Source: Felis catus | Taxonomy: Eukaryota | Reading direction: 5' to 3' | Assembly (NCBI RefSeq): GCF_018350175.1 | Contig: NC_058369.1 | Coordinates: 9,240,001-9,304,000 of the forward strand | Length of the DNA stretch: 64,000 nt | In this document: positions 63,351 through 64,000 of the stretch, piece by piece | Numbering within the stretch: position 1 is the stretch's first letter | How the letters are laid out: every line of letters begins with the position of its first letter | Translations under genes and position numbers: made by a program | Notes under the pieces: generated by a model | Database searches by the model: none | What the model was told of the DNA's origin: nothing | The model's input: only the letters and a program-made list of their open reading frames with translations

Positions 63351-63615
63351 ACCCACTCCTGAAAACTGTCCTAAAGAACAATTTTCAACGAGTTGTTAAA
63401 ACCGAGGGCACTAGGAAAAATAATGCGGCCACTGGCTCCCGCCCTGGGCAAAACCACTGCCGTCCGAGTGACCAGAACTGGAAGTCCGGGCTCTAGAACT
63501 ATTCTGGCTATAGACCTGCTTGTCTTTAACATCTGGGGACGGATCTGGCCCCTGCCGCCTGGAGGAAGCGAAGCAGGTCTGCGGGGTGGGAAGGGGTGGG
63601 GGGAGGGGGGCTCAC

Positions 63616-63728
63616 CATCTCATGGCAGGCCCGGCTCTTGAGGGCCATGGCCCCGTACTTGCTGTAACAGGTCTCCCCGCTGTTCCCCGCCAGCACTGCC
63701 ATGTCGGTGCAGGTGACGCACAGCAGAC
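63616..63728 (-). CDS. TRMT1: TRMT1 exon ([37 protein letters not shown])
   Basis: AG/GT, 113 nt; TxTD motif. Confidence 0.96.
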
Positions 63729-63806
63729 CTGCAAGGAAGGCCTGAGCAGCGAGGATCCTCCGGAAACCCCGAGCCCTGCTCTGTGCCCAGGTCAGTGTGG
63801 CCTCAC

Positions 63807-63922
63807 CTCCTTCGCTCACAGCCTGCACGGCTGCATCCAAGAAGGGGGCGGGGCTGCCATATGGGTCCAGGTCGATGACGTCAAACCGCTCCGATGCCCT
63901 CTGGTGCTGGTACATCAGCATC
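63807..63922 (-). CDS. TRMT1: TRMT1 exon ([38 protein letters not shown]); gene continues beyond the window
   Basis: AG/GT, 116 nt; catalytic DLDPYG motif of Trm1. Confidence 0.97.
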
Positions 63923-64000
63923 CTGGGAGCGAGAAGGCCCCGGTCCTCAGCGCCCTGCGTTAGGGACCTGCTCTGTCCCCTACACGTGTCCTCTCATTGG

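Overview
Mammalian, GC-rich euchromatic DNA from a cat-family (felid) genome, judged from Carnivora SINEC elements of the felid SINEC_Fc type. It is the conserved NFIX-LYL1-TRMT1 block. On the + strand, ~29.7 kb of the distal part of the long NFIX intron 2 is followed by NFIX exons 3-11 and a ~4.3 kb 3'UTR ending near 54.22 kb. On the - strand lie the complete coding region of the haematopoietic bHLH gene LYL1 (281 aa) with its GATA/ETS promoter, and the last 12 coding exons of TRMT1 (tRNA m2,2G26 dimethyltransferase). I checked every listed exon for AG/GT boundaries and reading-frame continuity. Nearly all ORFs in the supplied track are chance ORFs in GC-rich non-coding DNA. I found no wholly new gene system. 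The best leads are regulatory and splicing features: a candidate 12-nt in-frame NFIX microexon (WKRK), an exon-9 read-through C-terminus, a double E-box/GATA enhancer in NFIX intron 2 that probably serves LYL1, a promoter-like YY1/NRF1 CpG island upstream of exon 3, a symmetric SOX-FOX-homeodomain palindrome, clustered miR-138/124/92 seed sites, and a retained coronavirus Mpro site in TRMT1. Gene and repeat-family names rest on my recognition of the sequences, not on database searches; repeat boundaries are approximate.
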